The translations under genes were made by a program, and so were the position numbers. From the NCBI GenBank assembly GCA_963798845.1, contig CAWCUS010000005.1, forward strand, positions 192,001 to 256,000: a DNA stretch of 64,000 nucleotides. The letters are read 5' to 3'. Every line of letters begins with the position of its first letter. Position 1 is the first letter of the stretch. Of this stretch, positions 49,842 to 58,992 are shown piece by piece. The notes below the pieces were generated by a model, which made no database searches, was not told the origin of the DNA, and was given only the letters and a program-made list of their open reading frames with translations. The DNA is from an uncultured Gemmatimonadales bacterium. GTDB lineage: Bacteria > Gemmatimonadota > Gemmatimonadetes > Longimicrobiales > RSA9.

Positions 49842-50922
49842 GTGAGCGGTCCCGTCATTCTGCTCGCCAGGATCGGCGCGCTGCCCCAGGACTCGCTGCT
49901 CCGGAGCGTTCAGGAGGCCAGCGACTCGGCCGTCAACAGCCTCACCGGCGCCGTGGCGAAGTGGACGCATCTCGCCCCGGAGACCCAGCTGGACGTCTTC
50001 CGGTCCCTGGTCCTCATCGCGCTGGTCGTCCTGGCCCGCGCTGTGGTGCTCCGCGTCATGCGCGCCCGGGTGGCCGACATCCGGACCCGCTACAAGTGGC
50101 GGAAGACCATCACCTACATCGCGGCCGTCGTGGGCGTGCTCCTGGTCGGGCGCATCTGGTTCCAGGGCGTGCGCGACCTCGCCACCTTCCTGGGCCTGCT
50201 CTCGGCCGGCCTGGCCATCGCGCTGCGGGATCCGATCGTCAACCTGGGCGGGTGGCTGTTCATCATCTGGCGCCGTCCGTTCGTCGTGGGAGACCGGATC
50301 CAGGTCGGGGACCACGCCGGCGACGTGATCGATCAGCGCATCTTCCAGATCATCCTTCTCGAGATCGGCAACTGGGTGGACGCCGACCAGAGCACCGGCC
50401 GCCTGATCCATATCCCGAACGGCCTCGTGTTCCGGGAGCCGCTCGCGAACTACACCCGTGGCATGCAGTACATTCTGGAACGAGGTGGGGGTGCTGGTGA
50501 CCTTCGAGAGCGACTGGCGACGCGCGAAGGAGATCCTCTCGGACATCGTCGAACGGCACACGCGGGAAGTGGTGCAGGAGGCCGAGGAGCAGATGCTCAA
50601 GGCGAGCCGGCAGTACATGATCTTCTATTCCACTCTGACCCCGACGGTGTACACCGCCGTGAAGGACAGCGGGATCATGCTCACCATGCGCTTCCTCTGC
50701 CACCCGCGCCGGAGGAGGGGAACGGAGCAGGCGATCTGGGAAGATGTACTTGCCGCGTTCGGACGTGAGGACCACATTGACTTCGCTTACCCGACCGTCC
50801 GTGCATTTTACAACGCGACAGAAGGGAAGCCGGGGACGAAAACCCCGAGCGGTTCCGCAGGCGGGGCGTCCGGGCCGCTGCCTTCCCCCAACCCTGCGAA
50901 CGAGACTCCACCAAAAGGATGA
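49842..50922 (+). CDS. MscS family mechanosensitive channel with an apparent +1 frameshift near 50473
   Basis: RPFVVGDRI and TGRLIHIPN motifs. Removing one T from TACATTCTGG restores YIWNEV...TLTPTVY...IDFAYPT. Confidence 0.85.
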
Positions 50923-50926
50923 GCGC

Positions 50927-51145
50927 ATGAGCAAGAAGCTGCTGGCCCTCGGTATGGTCATCGGTCTCGCTGCCGCCTGTGGCGGCAACAACGACGCGGA
51001 TATGGACGAGGGCGCCGGGATGGAGACGCCGGCCCCGACCGCCGCGCCCATGGACACCATGAACATGGACACCATGAACATGGACACCATGGGAATGGAC
51101 ACCATGCCGCAGCCGATGGCGGACCAGGACACGTCGGCCATGTAA
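50927..51145 (+). CDS. Small Met-rich lipoprotein (72 aa)
   Basis: MSKKLLALGMVIGLAAAC lipobox; acidic, Met-rich mature part. Confidence 0.8.
   Translation: MSKKLLALGMVIGLAAACGGNNDADMDEGAGMETPAPTAAPMDTMNMDTMNMDTMGMDTMPQPMADQDTSAM
51050..51109 (+). repeat. 15-bp tandem repeat x4 (ATGGACACCATG+NNN) encoding MDTMx
   Basis: ATGGACACCATGAAC x2, then ATGGACACCATGGGA and ATGGACACCATGCCG. Confidence 0.9.
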
Positions 51146-51267
51146 GCCGCGCGTCACAGCGCGCATCCACGCGCCGGGCTGCCCCGGACCGACCGGGGGA
51201 GCCCGGCGCGGCGCGCTGGCATGGCCGCTGCACGCTTCGCCCCTGGAGCATCCACGAGGGGGCGGAG

Positions 51268-52167
51268 ATGATGGCGCGACGGCAATCCCGCATCCGCGTT
51301 GGGGTGGCGGGCTTCAGCTACGACGACTGGTACGGACCCGTCTACCCCGCGCGACCGCCGCGCGGGTTCGATCCGCTGGCCTTCCTGGCCGGCTTCGTCG
51401 ACCTGGTCGAGATCAACACCAGCTTCTACGGCCCTCCCAGGCCCGAGTACGCCCGCGCCTGGGCGGAGCGCGTCGCACCACACCCACGCTTCCGCTTCAC
51501 CGCCAAGATGTGGCGCCGCTTCACCCACGACCGTGACACCGCCTGGACACGGAAAGAGGCCGACGAGATCCGCGCCGGTCTCGCGCCGCTCCGCGACGCC
51601 GATCGCCTGGACGCCGTCCTCCTCCAGTTCCCCTGGTCGTTCCGCGCCGACGAACGGAACAGCGAATGGCTCGCGGACGTGCGCGCCGAGTTCTCCGATT
51701 TTCCGCTGGTGGTCGAAGTGAGGCACCAGAGCTGGAACGACGCCGCATTCTACCGGTGGCTCTCCTCGGAGGGGGTGGGCTTCGTCAACATCGACCAGCC
51801 CCTGTTCCGGCGCTCCCTCGCGCCTTCCGCCCGCGCGACCGCCCGCGTTGGCTACGTCCGCGTCCACGGCCGCAACTACGCGGACTGGTTCCGCAGGGGC
51901 GCAGGCAGGGACGCGCGCTACGATTACCTGTATTCGCCCGAAGAGCTGGAGCGGTGGGCCGAGCGGACGCGCGAAGTGGCGCGGGACGATCAGGTGGACG
52001 AGGTCGACGTAGTGTTCAACAACCACTACAGGGGGCAGGCAGTGGTGAACGCGCTGGAGCTCCGACGGCTCCTCGGCCACGAGGGGGTGCGTGCCCCCCG
52101 GTCGCTGGGCGAGGCCTACGGCGAGGAGCTGCGCGCGCTCGACATTCCCGTGGCCGACGCCGCGTAG
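51268..52167 (+). CDS. DUF72 family protein
   Basis: VEINTSFY, LLQFP, VEVRH.SW, YVRVHGRN and YDYLYS motifs. Confidence 0.92.
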   Translation: MMARRQSRIRVGVAGFSYDDWYGPVYPARPPRGFDPLAFLAGFVDLVEINTSFYGPPRPEYARAWAERVAPHPRFRFTAKMWRRFTHDRDTAWTRKEADEIRAGLAPLRDADRLDAVLLQFPWSFRADERNSEWLADVRAEFSDFPLVVEVRHQSWNDAAFYRWLSSEGVGFVNIDQPLFRRSLAPSARATARVGYVRVHGRNYADWFRRGAGRDARYDYLYSPEELERWAERTREVARDDQVDEVDVVFNNHYRGQAVVNALELRRLLGHEGVRAPRSLGEAYGEELRALDIPVADAA

Positions 52168-52200
52168 CGCCCCCTCCACGATGGCGGCCGAAGATCCTGG

Positions 52201-52890
52201 CTACCCCGGAAGCCTCCAGTCCACGGGCGGCCGACCCCCTGCACGCAGAAGCTCGTTCGTCCGCGAGAAGACGCGGCTGCCAAAGAAACCCCGTCGGGCC
52301 GAAAGCGGCGACGGGTGCGGCGCTTCCACTACCGCGTGACGCGCGAGGTCCACCATCGATCCCTTCTTCTGCGCGTGACTGCCGAGCAGCAGGAACACCA
52401 CTCGATTCCGCTTCGTGTTCACCCGCTCGATGACGGCGTCGGTGAAGCGCTCCCAGCCCTGCCCGGCGTGGGAGCCCGGGTTCCCCTCCCGCACCGTCAG
52501 CACCGCATTCAGCAGAAGCACGCCCCGACCCGCCCACGGCACCAGGCTCCCTCCCGCCGGGATCGGCACGTCGAGATCGTCGTGGAGCTCACGGAACAGG
52601 TTCCGCAGCGAGGGTGGCGGCGCGACATTGGCCGGAACCGAGAAAGCAAGGCCGTGGGCCTGGCCGGGACCGTGGTATGGATCCTGGCCGAGGAGCACGA
52701 CGCGCACGGCGCGGTACGGGGTCAGGGCAAGGGCGTTGAAGACGTCGGCGGCGGGCGGGAATACCGTGGCGCGGCCTCGCTCGTCGGCCACGAACTGCTC
52801 CAGCTCCCGGAAATACGGCTTCTCCTGCTCGATCTTCAGCCGCGGCCAGCCGGGAGGAATCGGGGGGAACGGCCGAGGCCGCTCCTCCAT
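52201..52890 (-). CDS. ung: Uracil-DNA glycosylase (family 1)
   Basis: GQDPYH, GLAFS, VLLLN and HPSPLS motifs. Confidence 0.96.
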   Translation of the reverse strand: MEERPRPFPPIPPGWPRLKIEQEKPYFRELEQFVADERGRATVFPPAADVFNALALTPYRAVRVVLLGQDPYHGPGQAHGLAFSVPANVAPPPSLRNLFRELHDDLDVPIPAGGSLVPWAGRGVLLLNAVLTVREGNPGSHAGQGWERFTDAVIERVNTKRNRVVFLLLGSHAQKKGSMVDLARHAVVEAPHPSPLSARRGFFGSRVFSRTNELLRAGGRPPVDWRLPG

Positions 52891-53369
52891 CAGCGTCCGG
52901 CCGCCAGGAAGCTGGCGGGCATCGGGACGGCCACCACTTCCCCGCGCACCGTCAGCTCGCCGCCGGCGCGGACCTCCACCGCCACCCGCACCTTGCGGTC
53001 CTCCACATCCCGGGGCACGGCGCGCAGCTCCAGCTCCCGACCCAGCGGGGTGGGCGCGAGGAAATCCACGCGCAGGGATGCGGTGACGTAGCGGGGCGAC
53101 GGACCGGCACCGACCTCGCCTCCCGCTCGCTCCAGCGCCGCTGCGGCCGCCGTGCCGATGCCGTGGCAGTCGACGAGCGACGCCAGGAGGCCGCCGTACA
53201 CGTAGCCCGGGATCGCGATGTGCTCGTCCCGGGGATGGAAGCGTGCCCAACCGACTCCGTCCCGCCAGATCGTGCGGACGTGCAGACCGGGCCCGTTGAG
53301 GCGGCCGCAGCCGTAGCAGTGGGCGACGTCGTCCGGGTAGAGGTCCTGGACCGCCACCTCCCCCGTCAC
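52890..53369 (-). CDS. PaaI/hotdog-fold thioesterase
   Basis: CYGCG..N..GL, YGGLLASLVDCH and YVTASLRVDFLAPTP motifs. Confidence 0.88.
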   Translation of the reverse strand: MTGEVAVQDLYPDDVAHCYGCGRLNGPGLHVRTIWRDGVGWARFHPRDEHIAIPGYVYGGLLASLVDCHGIGTAAAAALERAGGEVGAGPSPRYVTASLRVDFLAPTPLGRELELRAVPRDVEDRKVRVAVEVRAGGELTVRGEVVAVPMPASFLAAGR

Positions 53370-53992
53370 CCCGCCGCCGCCTCCCGCGCCGCGGCCGCTC
53401 CGGCACCCGCGTGCTCGTCCGAGCGCTCCCCGTACAGCTCCGAAGCCACCACGCACTCGCGCCCGAGCACGTCGCGCATCACGCAGCCGGTACGGAAGTG
53501 TATGCCACAACGCAGACAGCGCTGCTTCCCCATGTCCTCCAGGGCGAGAAGCCGAACCGACAGCTCGTCCAGCAATGCCGCCGCGGCCCTGAGCCGGTCC
53601 TCCGGGAAATCCCCCAGCAGGCGGAGGAGCTCGCGGTTGCGCGCCGCCGTGAAGTCGGCCAGCAGCACCTCGCTCGCCTCCGTCAGCTTCAGGTCCACCG
53701 CCCGCCGGTCCTCCTTCGACACCGTCCGGTCCACCAGGCCCCGCTGCACGAGACGGTCAATGGCCCGGCTCGCCGCGGCATTCGTCACGCCCAGGAACTC
53801 CGCGATGTCCGTCACCTTGAAGCGCTGTCCCGGTCGCGAGATCAGCATGAGCAGCTTCACCTGCGACATCGCCAGCTGCTCCTCCGTCGCCTCGGCGAGC
53901 GTCCGCTCCAGAAGCTCGCTCACCGCCGAACAGAACACGTGCGACGCCCCCATCACGTCGCGGATCAGCTCGACCTTTTCCTTCTCTTCCAT
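53366..53992 (-). CDS. MarR family regulator with C-terminal Cys-rich extension
   Basis: IAEFLGVTNAAASRAIDRLVQRGLV.R.....DRR wHTH; tail CLRCGIHFRTGCVMRDVLGREC. Confidence 0.88.
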   Translation of the reverse strand: MEEKEKVELIRDVMGASHVFCSAVSELLERTLAEATEEQLAMSQVKLLMLISRPGQRFKVTDIAEFLGVTNAAASRAIDRLVQRGLVDRTVSKEDRRAVDLKLTEASEVLLADFTAARNRELLRLLGDFPEDRLRAAAALLDELSVRLLALEDMGKQRCLRCGIHFRTGCVMRDVLGRECVVASELYGERSDEHAGAGAAAAREAAAG

Positions 53993-54389
53993 CGCTGTCT
54001 TCGCTCGGGGGAAACGGGACTGCAGGGTCGGCACCGGCATTGGTTGCGCCCGTGAATAGTAAACCCGGCGCACCGATCCTCCAAGGGCCCCAGACCCCTT
54101 GCCGGAATTGTTTACGTGGGTATATATTCGACCCCGTCGAAGAGCGTCGCTCCGGATGGAGCACACGTTCGATGGACGACCTGCAACGGGCACTCCGCCA
54201 TGCGGAGGACCCTGCTCCGATCGCGCCGACGGCGCCGGAGCGCCGGTTTGGTGGCCCCTGCAGGTACCGAGCCCTAGACCCCCGGGGCCGTCCGTCAACA
54301 AGCCGGTGGCGGCTGGTCCCCCCAGCCCTCACCGGCTTGTTCTTTTCGCCCCCTCGGATCCTCGCATTTTTCGCCCCGGCGCAGTACTT

Positions 54390-54408
54390 TAGTTAACACG
54401 GTTCACTA
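54390..54408. promoter_or_regulatory. Inverted repeat, candidate MarR operator
   Basis: TAGTTAAC-ACG-GTTCACTA (7/8 match) in an AT-rich patch. Confidence 0.5.
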
Positions 54409-54466
54409 TTGACCGGTATAACCAAACGGCCGGGGACGGCCGCGGCAGCAGAATAGGGGGGCTACG

Positions 54467-54577
54467 ATGGGGTACGCACTGTGGGCGGTGCTCGTGATCA
54501 TCCTCCTGGGCGGCCAGCGGCTTCTGGGGGCGCGGCGCGAGCACGTGCGCAATCGCGAGGCGACACCGCACTCGTAG
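54467..54577 (+). CDS. Putative 36-aa single-TM small protein
   Basis: AGGGGGG SD; MGYALWAVLVIILLGGQRLLGARREHVRNREATPHS; below the ORF-track length cutoff. Confidence 0.45.
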   Translation: MGYALWAVLVIILLGGQRLLGARREHVRNREATPHS

Positions 54578-54807
54578 GCGCGTCGGCGAGCGAACGGGGC
54601 GGTGAGCTCGGCGAGCCCGCACGGCGGTAGCGTGCGAGCCCGACACACCGGTACATTCGGCGGTCCTGTCCACGGGGGGCGGGGCCGCCTCTGCATGCAA
54701 GGGGGAAATGCCTGAGTCCGGAGCGGAGCATTTTCGTCGGTGACCGATCGAGCGCACATTTCTCCCCGTCTTCCCTCGCCTGCCCGGGCCACCGGGGGTG
54801 ATGCCGG

Positions 54808-55761
54808 GTGAGCGGACCGACCGCTCCGGATCGGGGCCGACGCGCCGGCGCGATCAGGTTGGCGGTGGCGCTGGCGATCTTCATCGCGGCGGCGCTGCTG
54901 GCGCTGTACTTCGTGCCTCGAGAGCTGGGCGCCCCCCGGACGACGTTCCGGGCGGCGGAGTTCCTGGCGTTCGGTCTCCTGGTGGGCGCGTACGGCACCA
55001 TGGTCGGGGCCGGCGGCGGCTTCCTGGTGGTGCCGGCGCTCCTGCTGGTGTACCACATGCCTCCCGAGCAGGCAGCGGGGACGTCGATCGCGGTGGCTTT
55101 CATGAACGCGGCTTCGGGGACGGTCTCGTACGCCCGGCAGGGGCGGGTGGACTACCGCGCCGGGATCTGGTTCGCGGTGGCCACCCTGCCGGGCGCGGTG
55201 GCGGGCGCGTTCCTGTCACGCCTTTTCACGGGTCCGGCGTTCGACACGGTGTTCGGGCTTCTCCTTCTCGGGATCGCCGCGCTGCTGGTCTGGCGACCCG
55301 TGGCCCAGGAGGAATACGCCGAATCCGTGCTGGAGCAGGCCGACCTCCCCTGGTGGCGGGTGCAGCGTCATGTGACGGATCGCGCCGGTGAGACGTTCCG
55401 GTATCGCTACAACCTCGCGGCAGGGGTCGGAATCAGCTTCTGCGTCGGCTTTGCCTCGAGCATCCTGGGGATCGGGGGCGGGATCATCCACGTGCCGGCG
55501 TTGATCCACCTGCTGGGTTTCCCCGCCCACGTCGCGATGGCGACATCGCACTTCATCCTGGCGATCTCCGCCGGCACGGCCACGCTGAGCCACCTGGCGC
55601 TGCACCACGTACTGATCGGCCCGGCCATCCTCATGGGCGTGGGCGTGGTGGCGGGGGCGCAGGTCGGCGCCCGGCTGGGGCAGCTGCTCAAGGGGACCGT
55701 GGTGGTCCGGCTCCTGTCGATCGCCCTGATCATCGTGGGGATCCGGCTTCTCCTGCGCTGA
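54808..55761 (+). CDS. Sulfite exporter TauE/SafE (TSUP) family
   Basis: Duplicated motifs G..GAGGGF..VP...A.GTS and GIGGG..HVP...AMATS. Confidence 0.9.
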   Translation: MSGPTAPDRGRRAGAIRLAVALAIFIAAALLALYFVPRELGAPRTTFRAAEFLAFGLLVGAYGTMVGAGGGFLVVPALLLVYHMPPEQAAGTSIAVAFMNAASGTVSYARQGRVDYRAGIWFAVATLPGAVAGAFLSRLFTGPAFDTVFGLLLLGIAALLVWRPVAQEEYAESVLEQADLPWWRVQRHVTDRAGETFRYRYNLAAGVGISFCVGFASSILGIGGGIIHVPALIHLLGFPAHVAMATSHFILAISAGTATLSHLALHHVLIGPAILMGVGVVAGAQVGARLGQLLKGTVVVRLLSIALIIVGIRLLLR

Positions 55762-55835
55762 GCCTACGCTCCGCCTCCGGTCCGGGCCTTGCACCTGCTG
55801 CTCCCGCCGAATCACCTCGCCGGGGAGATGCAGAG

Positions 55836-56783
55836 ATGGGCAAGTCGGAAGGCAGCCGGACGGTCGTCATCGCCGCCATGGCCGCGAACGGGGTCATCGC
55901 CGTGGCGAAGTTCGGCGCCGCCATGCTGACCGGCAGCTCGGCGCTCCTGTCCGAAGGGATGCACTCGGTGGCGGACACGGGCAACGAGGCGCTGCTCCTG
56001 CTCGGGCAGAAGCGTGCGCGCAAGGAGCCGGACCGTGCGCATCCCTTCGGCTATGGCCAGGAGCTCTACTTCTGGAGCCTCATCGTCGCGACCGTCCTGT
56101 TCAGCGTGGGCGGCGGCCTGAGCGTGTACGAGGGGATCCACGCCATCTCGCGCGGCGAGGAGCTGCGCGACCCGCTGTGGAACTACATCGTCCTCGCGGT
56201 CGCATTCCTCGCGGAAGGCACCTCGTGGACGATCGCCCTGAAGCACTTCCGGCGCCGCTACGACGGCCGCCCGTTCTTCGAGGCGTTCCGCGCCAGCAAG
56301 GACCCTGGGCTCTACATCCCCCTGGCGGAGGACACCGCCGCGCTGGCCGGGATCGTGGTCGCGGCCGCGGGGGTGTTCTTCTCGCACCTGCTCAGCCTTC
56401 CGGTCCTGGACGGGTGCGCCTCGGTGGTCATCGGCGTGATCCTGGGCTGCGTGGCCATGTTCCTGGCGTGGGAGACGCGCGGCCTCCTGGTCGGGGAGTC
56501 GGTGGATCCGGAGCTGCGGCGAACGATCGAGGCGGTGCTGGACGAGGAGCCGGATGTGGATTCGGTGGAACGGGTCATGACCATGTTCCTGTCCCCCGAC
56601 GAGATCCTCCTCAACCTGGGGCTGCGCTTCGACGGGTCCCGCGACCGGGCCAGACCCACGAGCGATCGCATCAACCAGATCGAGACCCGCCTCCGCGAGG
56701 CGGAGCCGCGCATCAACCGGATCTTCGTCGAGCCTGAAGCATTCCGGGAAGGGTCTTCAGGAGCGATCCAGCCCCCGGTCTGA
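55836..56783 (+). CDS. Cation diffusion facilitator family transporter
   Basis: SALLSEGMHSVADTGN, HPFGYG and EDTAAL motifs; C-terminal dimerisation domain. Confidence 0.92.
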   Translation: MGKSEGSRTVVIAAMAANGVIAVAKFGAAMLTGSSALLSEGMHSVADTGNEALLLLGQKRARKEPDRAHPFGYGQELYFWSLIVATVLFSVGGGLSVYEGIHAISRGEELRDPLWNYIVLAVAFLAEGTSWTIALKHFRRRYDGRPFFEAFRASKDPGLYIPLAEDTAALAGIVVAAAGVFFSHLLSLPVLDGCASVVIGVILGCVAMFLAWETRGLLVGESVDPELRRTIEAVLDEEPDVDSVERVMTMFLSPDEILLNLGLRFDGSRDRARPTSDRINQIETRLREAEPRINRIFVEPEAFREGSSGAIQPPV

Positions 56784-56917
56784 GCGAAGCGGACCGCACG
56801 ACGGCCGTGCAGAGCCGGAACCATCGGCTTGCGGGCAGCGTTTTTGCGTGCCAGCTTCTGGCTTTCTCCGCATCGACGCGGGGGAAGAGGTGCACACGTT
56901 CTCTGAGGTGAGGAACC

Positions 56918-57553
56918 ATGGGTTTCAAGACCAAGACCGTTGCAGCCGTTCTCCTGGCGTCGTTCGCCGCCACGGCGTGCGCGACCAAGGGCGCGCTGCG
57001 AGACGCAATGAATCAACAGCAGCAGGCGCTGGAAGCAGGGCTTCAGGCGGAGCGGTCCGCGCGCACGGCCGCGGATCAGCAGCTCCAGAGTGACCTGGCT
57101 CAGCTCCGGTCCGACCTGGAATCGCTGCGAACCAACTTCAACGCCAAGATCGATTCCGTGGCCATGGGACTCCAGTTCGTCCTTCCGGTGCACTTCGCAT
57201 TCGACGAGGCGGACGTCCGGCCGACCGACGCGTCGGCGCTGGAGGCGTTCACGTCCATCGTGAACAAGCACTACGCCGGGTCCACGATCACGGTCGAGGG
57301 GTTCACCGATCCCTCGGGCTCGGCGTCGTACAACAAGCGCCTGTCCGAGCGCCGCGCGGAGGCCGTTCGTGACCAGCTCATGAACGCCGGCATCCAGGCA
57401 CAGGTCCGTGCCATCGGTTACGGCGAGAACCGGCTCGTGGTTCCCGGTGCGGCCAAGGACGAGAGCGGCGCCGAGCTGAACCGCCGGGTCGTCTTCGTGA
57501 TCGAGACCCCCGGCCAGGGCGCGCCCATGGGGGTGACCCAGCAGGGCGGCTGA
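56918..57553 (+). CDS. OmpA/Pal-like peptidoglycan-binding lipoprotein
   Basis: Lipobox ATAC, coiled-coil, VHFAFD, EGFTD, LSERRAEAV and NRRV motifs. Confidence 0.92.
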   Translation: MGFKTKTVAAVLLASFAATACATKGALRDAMNQQQQALEAGLQAERSARTAADQQLQSDLAQLRSDLESLRTNFNAKIDSVAMGLQFVLPVHFAFDEADVRPTDASALEAFTSIVNKHYAGSTITVEGFTDPSGSASYNKRLSERRAEAVRDQLMNAGIQAQVRAIGYGENRLVVPGAAKDESGAELNRRVVFVIETPGQGAPMGVTQQGG

Positions 57554-57581
57554 CCGGACGCTGTCTCGGCTCGGCACGGAG

Positions 57582-57612
57582 GGGCCGGCGCCCGCTGGGC
57601 GGCCGGCCCTTT
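57582..57612 (+). terminator. Intrinsic terminator after the OmpA-like gene
   Basis: GGGCCGGCGCCC-GCT-GGGCGGCCGGCCC followed by TTT. Confidence 0.65.
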
Positions 57613-57733
57613 CTCGTTCTTCGCGGCCGTCTCTTGTGGAGTGGTGACGCACGCAGCTACCCTCCTGACGCCCGCCCCCCCGCGCGCTCGCCCGCGCGAG
57701 GACCGTACAGCCCAGTTGCAACCGGAAAGGGCC

Positions 57734-58951
57734 GTGACCGTGTCCACTCCGAACGTCGAGCGCGCCCGTGCGACCGGGGCCGTCGCGGACGCCAATGCCG
57801 ACGCGCCGTGGTATCGTCGCCGCAGGTCGGGGAGGAACCGGTACGACCTCGTGGAGCTGGCCGGGAGCTTCGGGGACCTGGGCACGCTGATCCCGTTCGT
57901 CGTCGGCTACATCGCTGTGCTGGACCTCGACCCGCTCGGGATCCTGTTCACGCTCGGCCTGAGCGCCTTCGCGGTGGGCCTCTACTACCGGACGCCGATG
58001 TCGGTCCAGCCGATGAAGGCGATCGGGGGCGCCGCCATCGCCTCGGGTGGCGCGGTCACCGGCGGCATGATCCTCGGTGCCGGGGTGTTCACGGGCATCT
58101 TCTGGCTCCTCGCCGGCACCACCAGGATGATCGACGTGGTGACCCGGCTCGCGGCGAGGCCGGTGGTACGCGGGATCGTGCTCGGGCTGGGACTGCTCTT
58201 CATGAGCGAAGGCGTGAGATTGATGCTCCTCACGCCCTGGCTCGGCGGGATCGGTCTCGTCCTCACCTTCGTCCTGCTGACCCACCGCCGCTTCCCCGCC
58301 ATGTTCGCTCTCCTGCTCCTGGGGACTGCGGCCGTCTGGGTGCTCGACCCGGCTTCCGCGAAGCAGGTGCTCGCCATGCGCCCGGACTTCCGGCTGCCGG
58401 AGCTCGCGCTCACGCGGCTGACCTGGAGCGACTTCGTCGCGGGGAGCCTGGTCCTGGCCCTCCCCCAGCTGCCCCTCACGCTCGGCAACGCCATCGTCGC
58501 CATCCGCGCCGAGAACAACGAGCTGTTCCCCGAGCGGCCCGTCACCGATCGAATGATGGCCACGTCGCAGGGGCTCATGAACCTGCTCGTCGCACCGCTG
58601 GGCGGGATCCCCCTCTGCCACGGCGCCGGCGGTATGGCCGGGCACGTCCGGTTCGGCGCGCGCACGGGCGGGTCCCTCGTCATGCTGGGGGCACTCCTGA
58701 TGGCGCTGGGCCTCTTCTTCAGCGACTCCGTCGCCCTCCTGTTCCAGGTCTTCCCCAAAGCCGTACTCGGCGTGATCCTCTTCTTCGCGGGCACGGAGCT
58801 GGCCATCACCGTCCGGGACATCGGCAGCCGGAAGCAGGACGTCTACGTCATGCTGGTGGTGGCCGGCGTAGCCATGTGGAACATGGGCGCCGCCTTCCTC
58901 GCCGGCATCCTCCTGCACCAGGCTCTCGAGCGGGAATGGCTGAAGGTCTGA
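57734..58951 (+). CDS. Putative sulfate/molybdate transporter (MOT1 family)
   Basis: ELAGSFGDLGT, PMSVQPMKAI, PQLPLTLGN and CHGAGGMAGHVRFGARTG motifs; start uncertain. Confidence 0.9.
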   Translation: MTVSTPNVERARATGAVADANADAPWYRRRRSGRNRYDLVELAGSFGDLGTLIPFVVGYIAVLDLDPLGILFTLGLSAFAVGLYYRTPMSVQPMKAIGGAAIASGGAVTGGMILGAGVFTGIFWLLAGTTRMIDVVTRLAARPVVRGIVLGLGLLFMSEGVRLMLLTPWLGGIGLVLTFVLLTHRRFPAMFALLLLGTAAVWVLDPASAKQVLAMRPDFRLPELALTRLTWSDFVAGSLVLALPQLPLTLGNAIVAIRAENNELFPERPVTDRMMATSQGLMNLLVAPLGGIPLCHGAGGMAGHVRFGARTGGSLVMLGALLMALGLFFSDSVALLFQVFPKAVLGVILFFAGTELAITVRDIGSRKQDVYVMLVVAGVAMWNMGAAFLAGILLHQALEREWLKV

Positions 58952-58992
58952 GCGGACGAAGGTAACCTCCCCGTCCGGCGGGGGTATCCTTC

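Noticed and set aside
51050..51109. CRISPR-like array
   Set aside because: The units are 15 bp, in-frame and coding, with no unique spacers and no cas genes.
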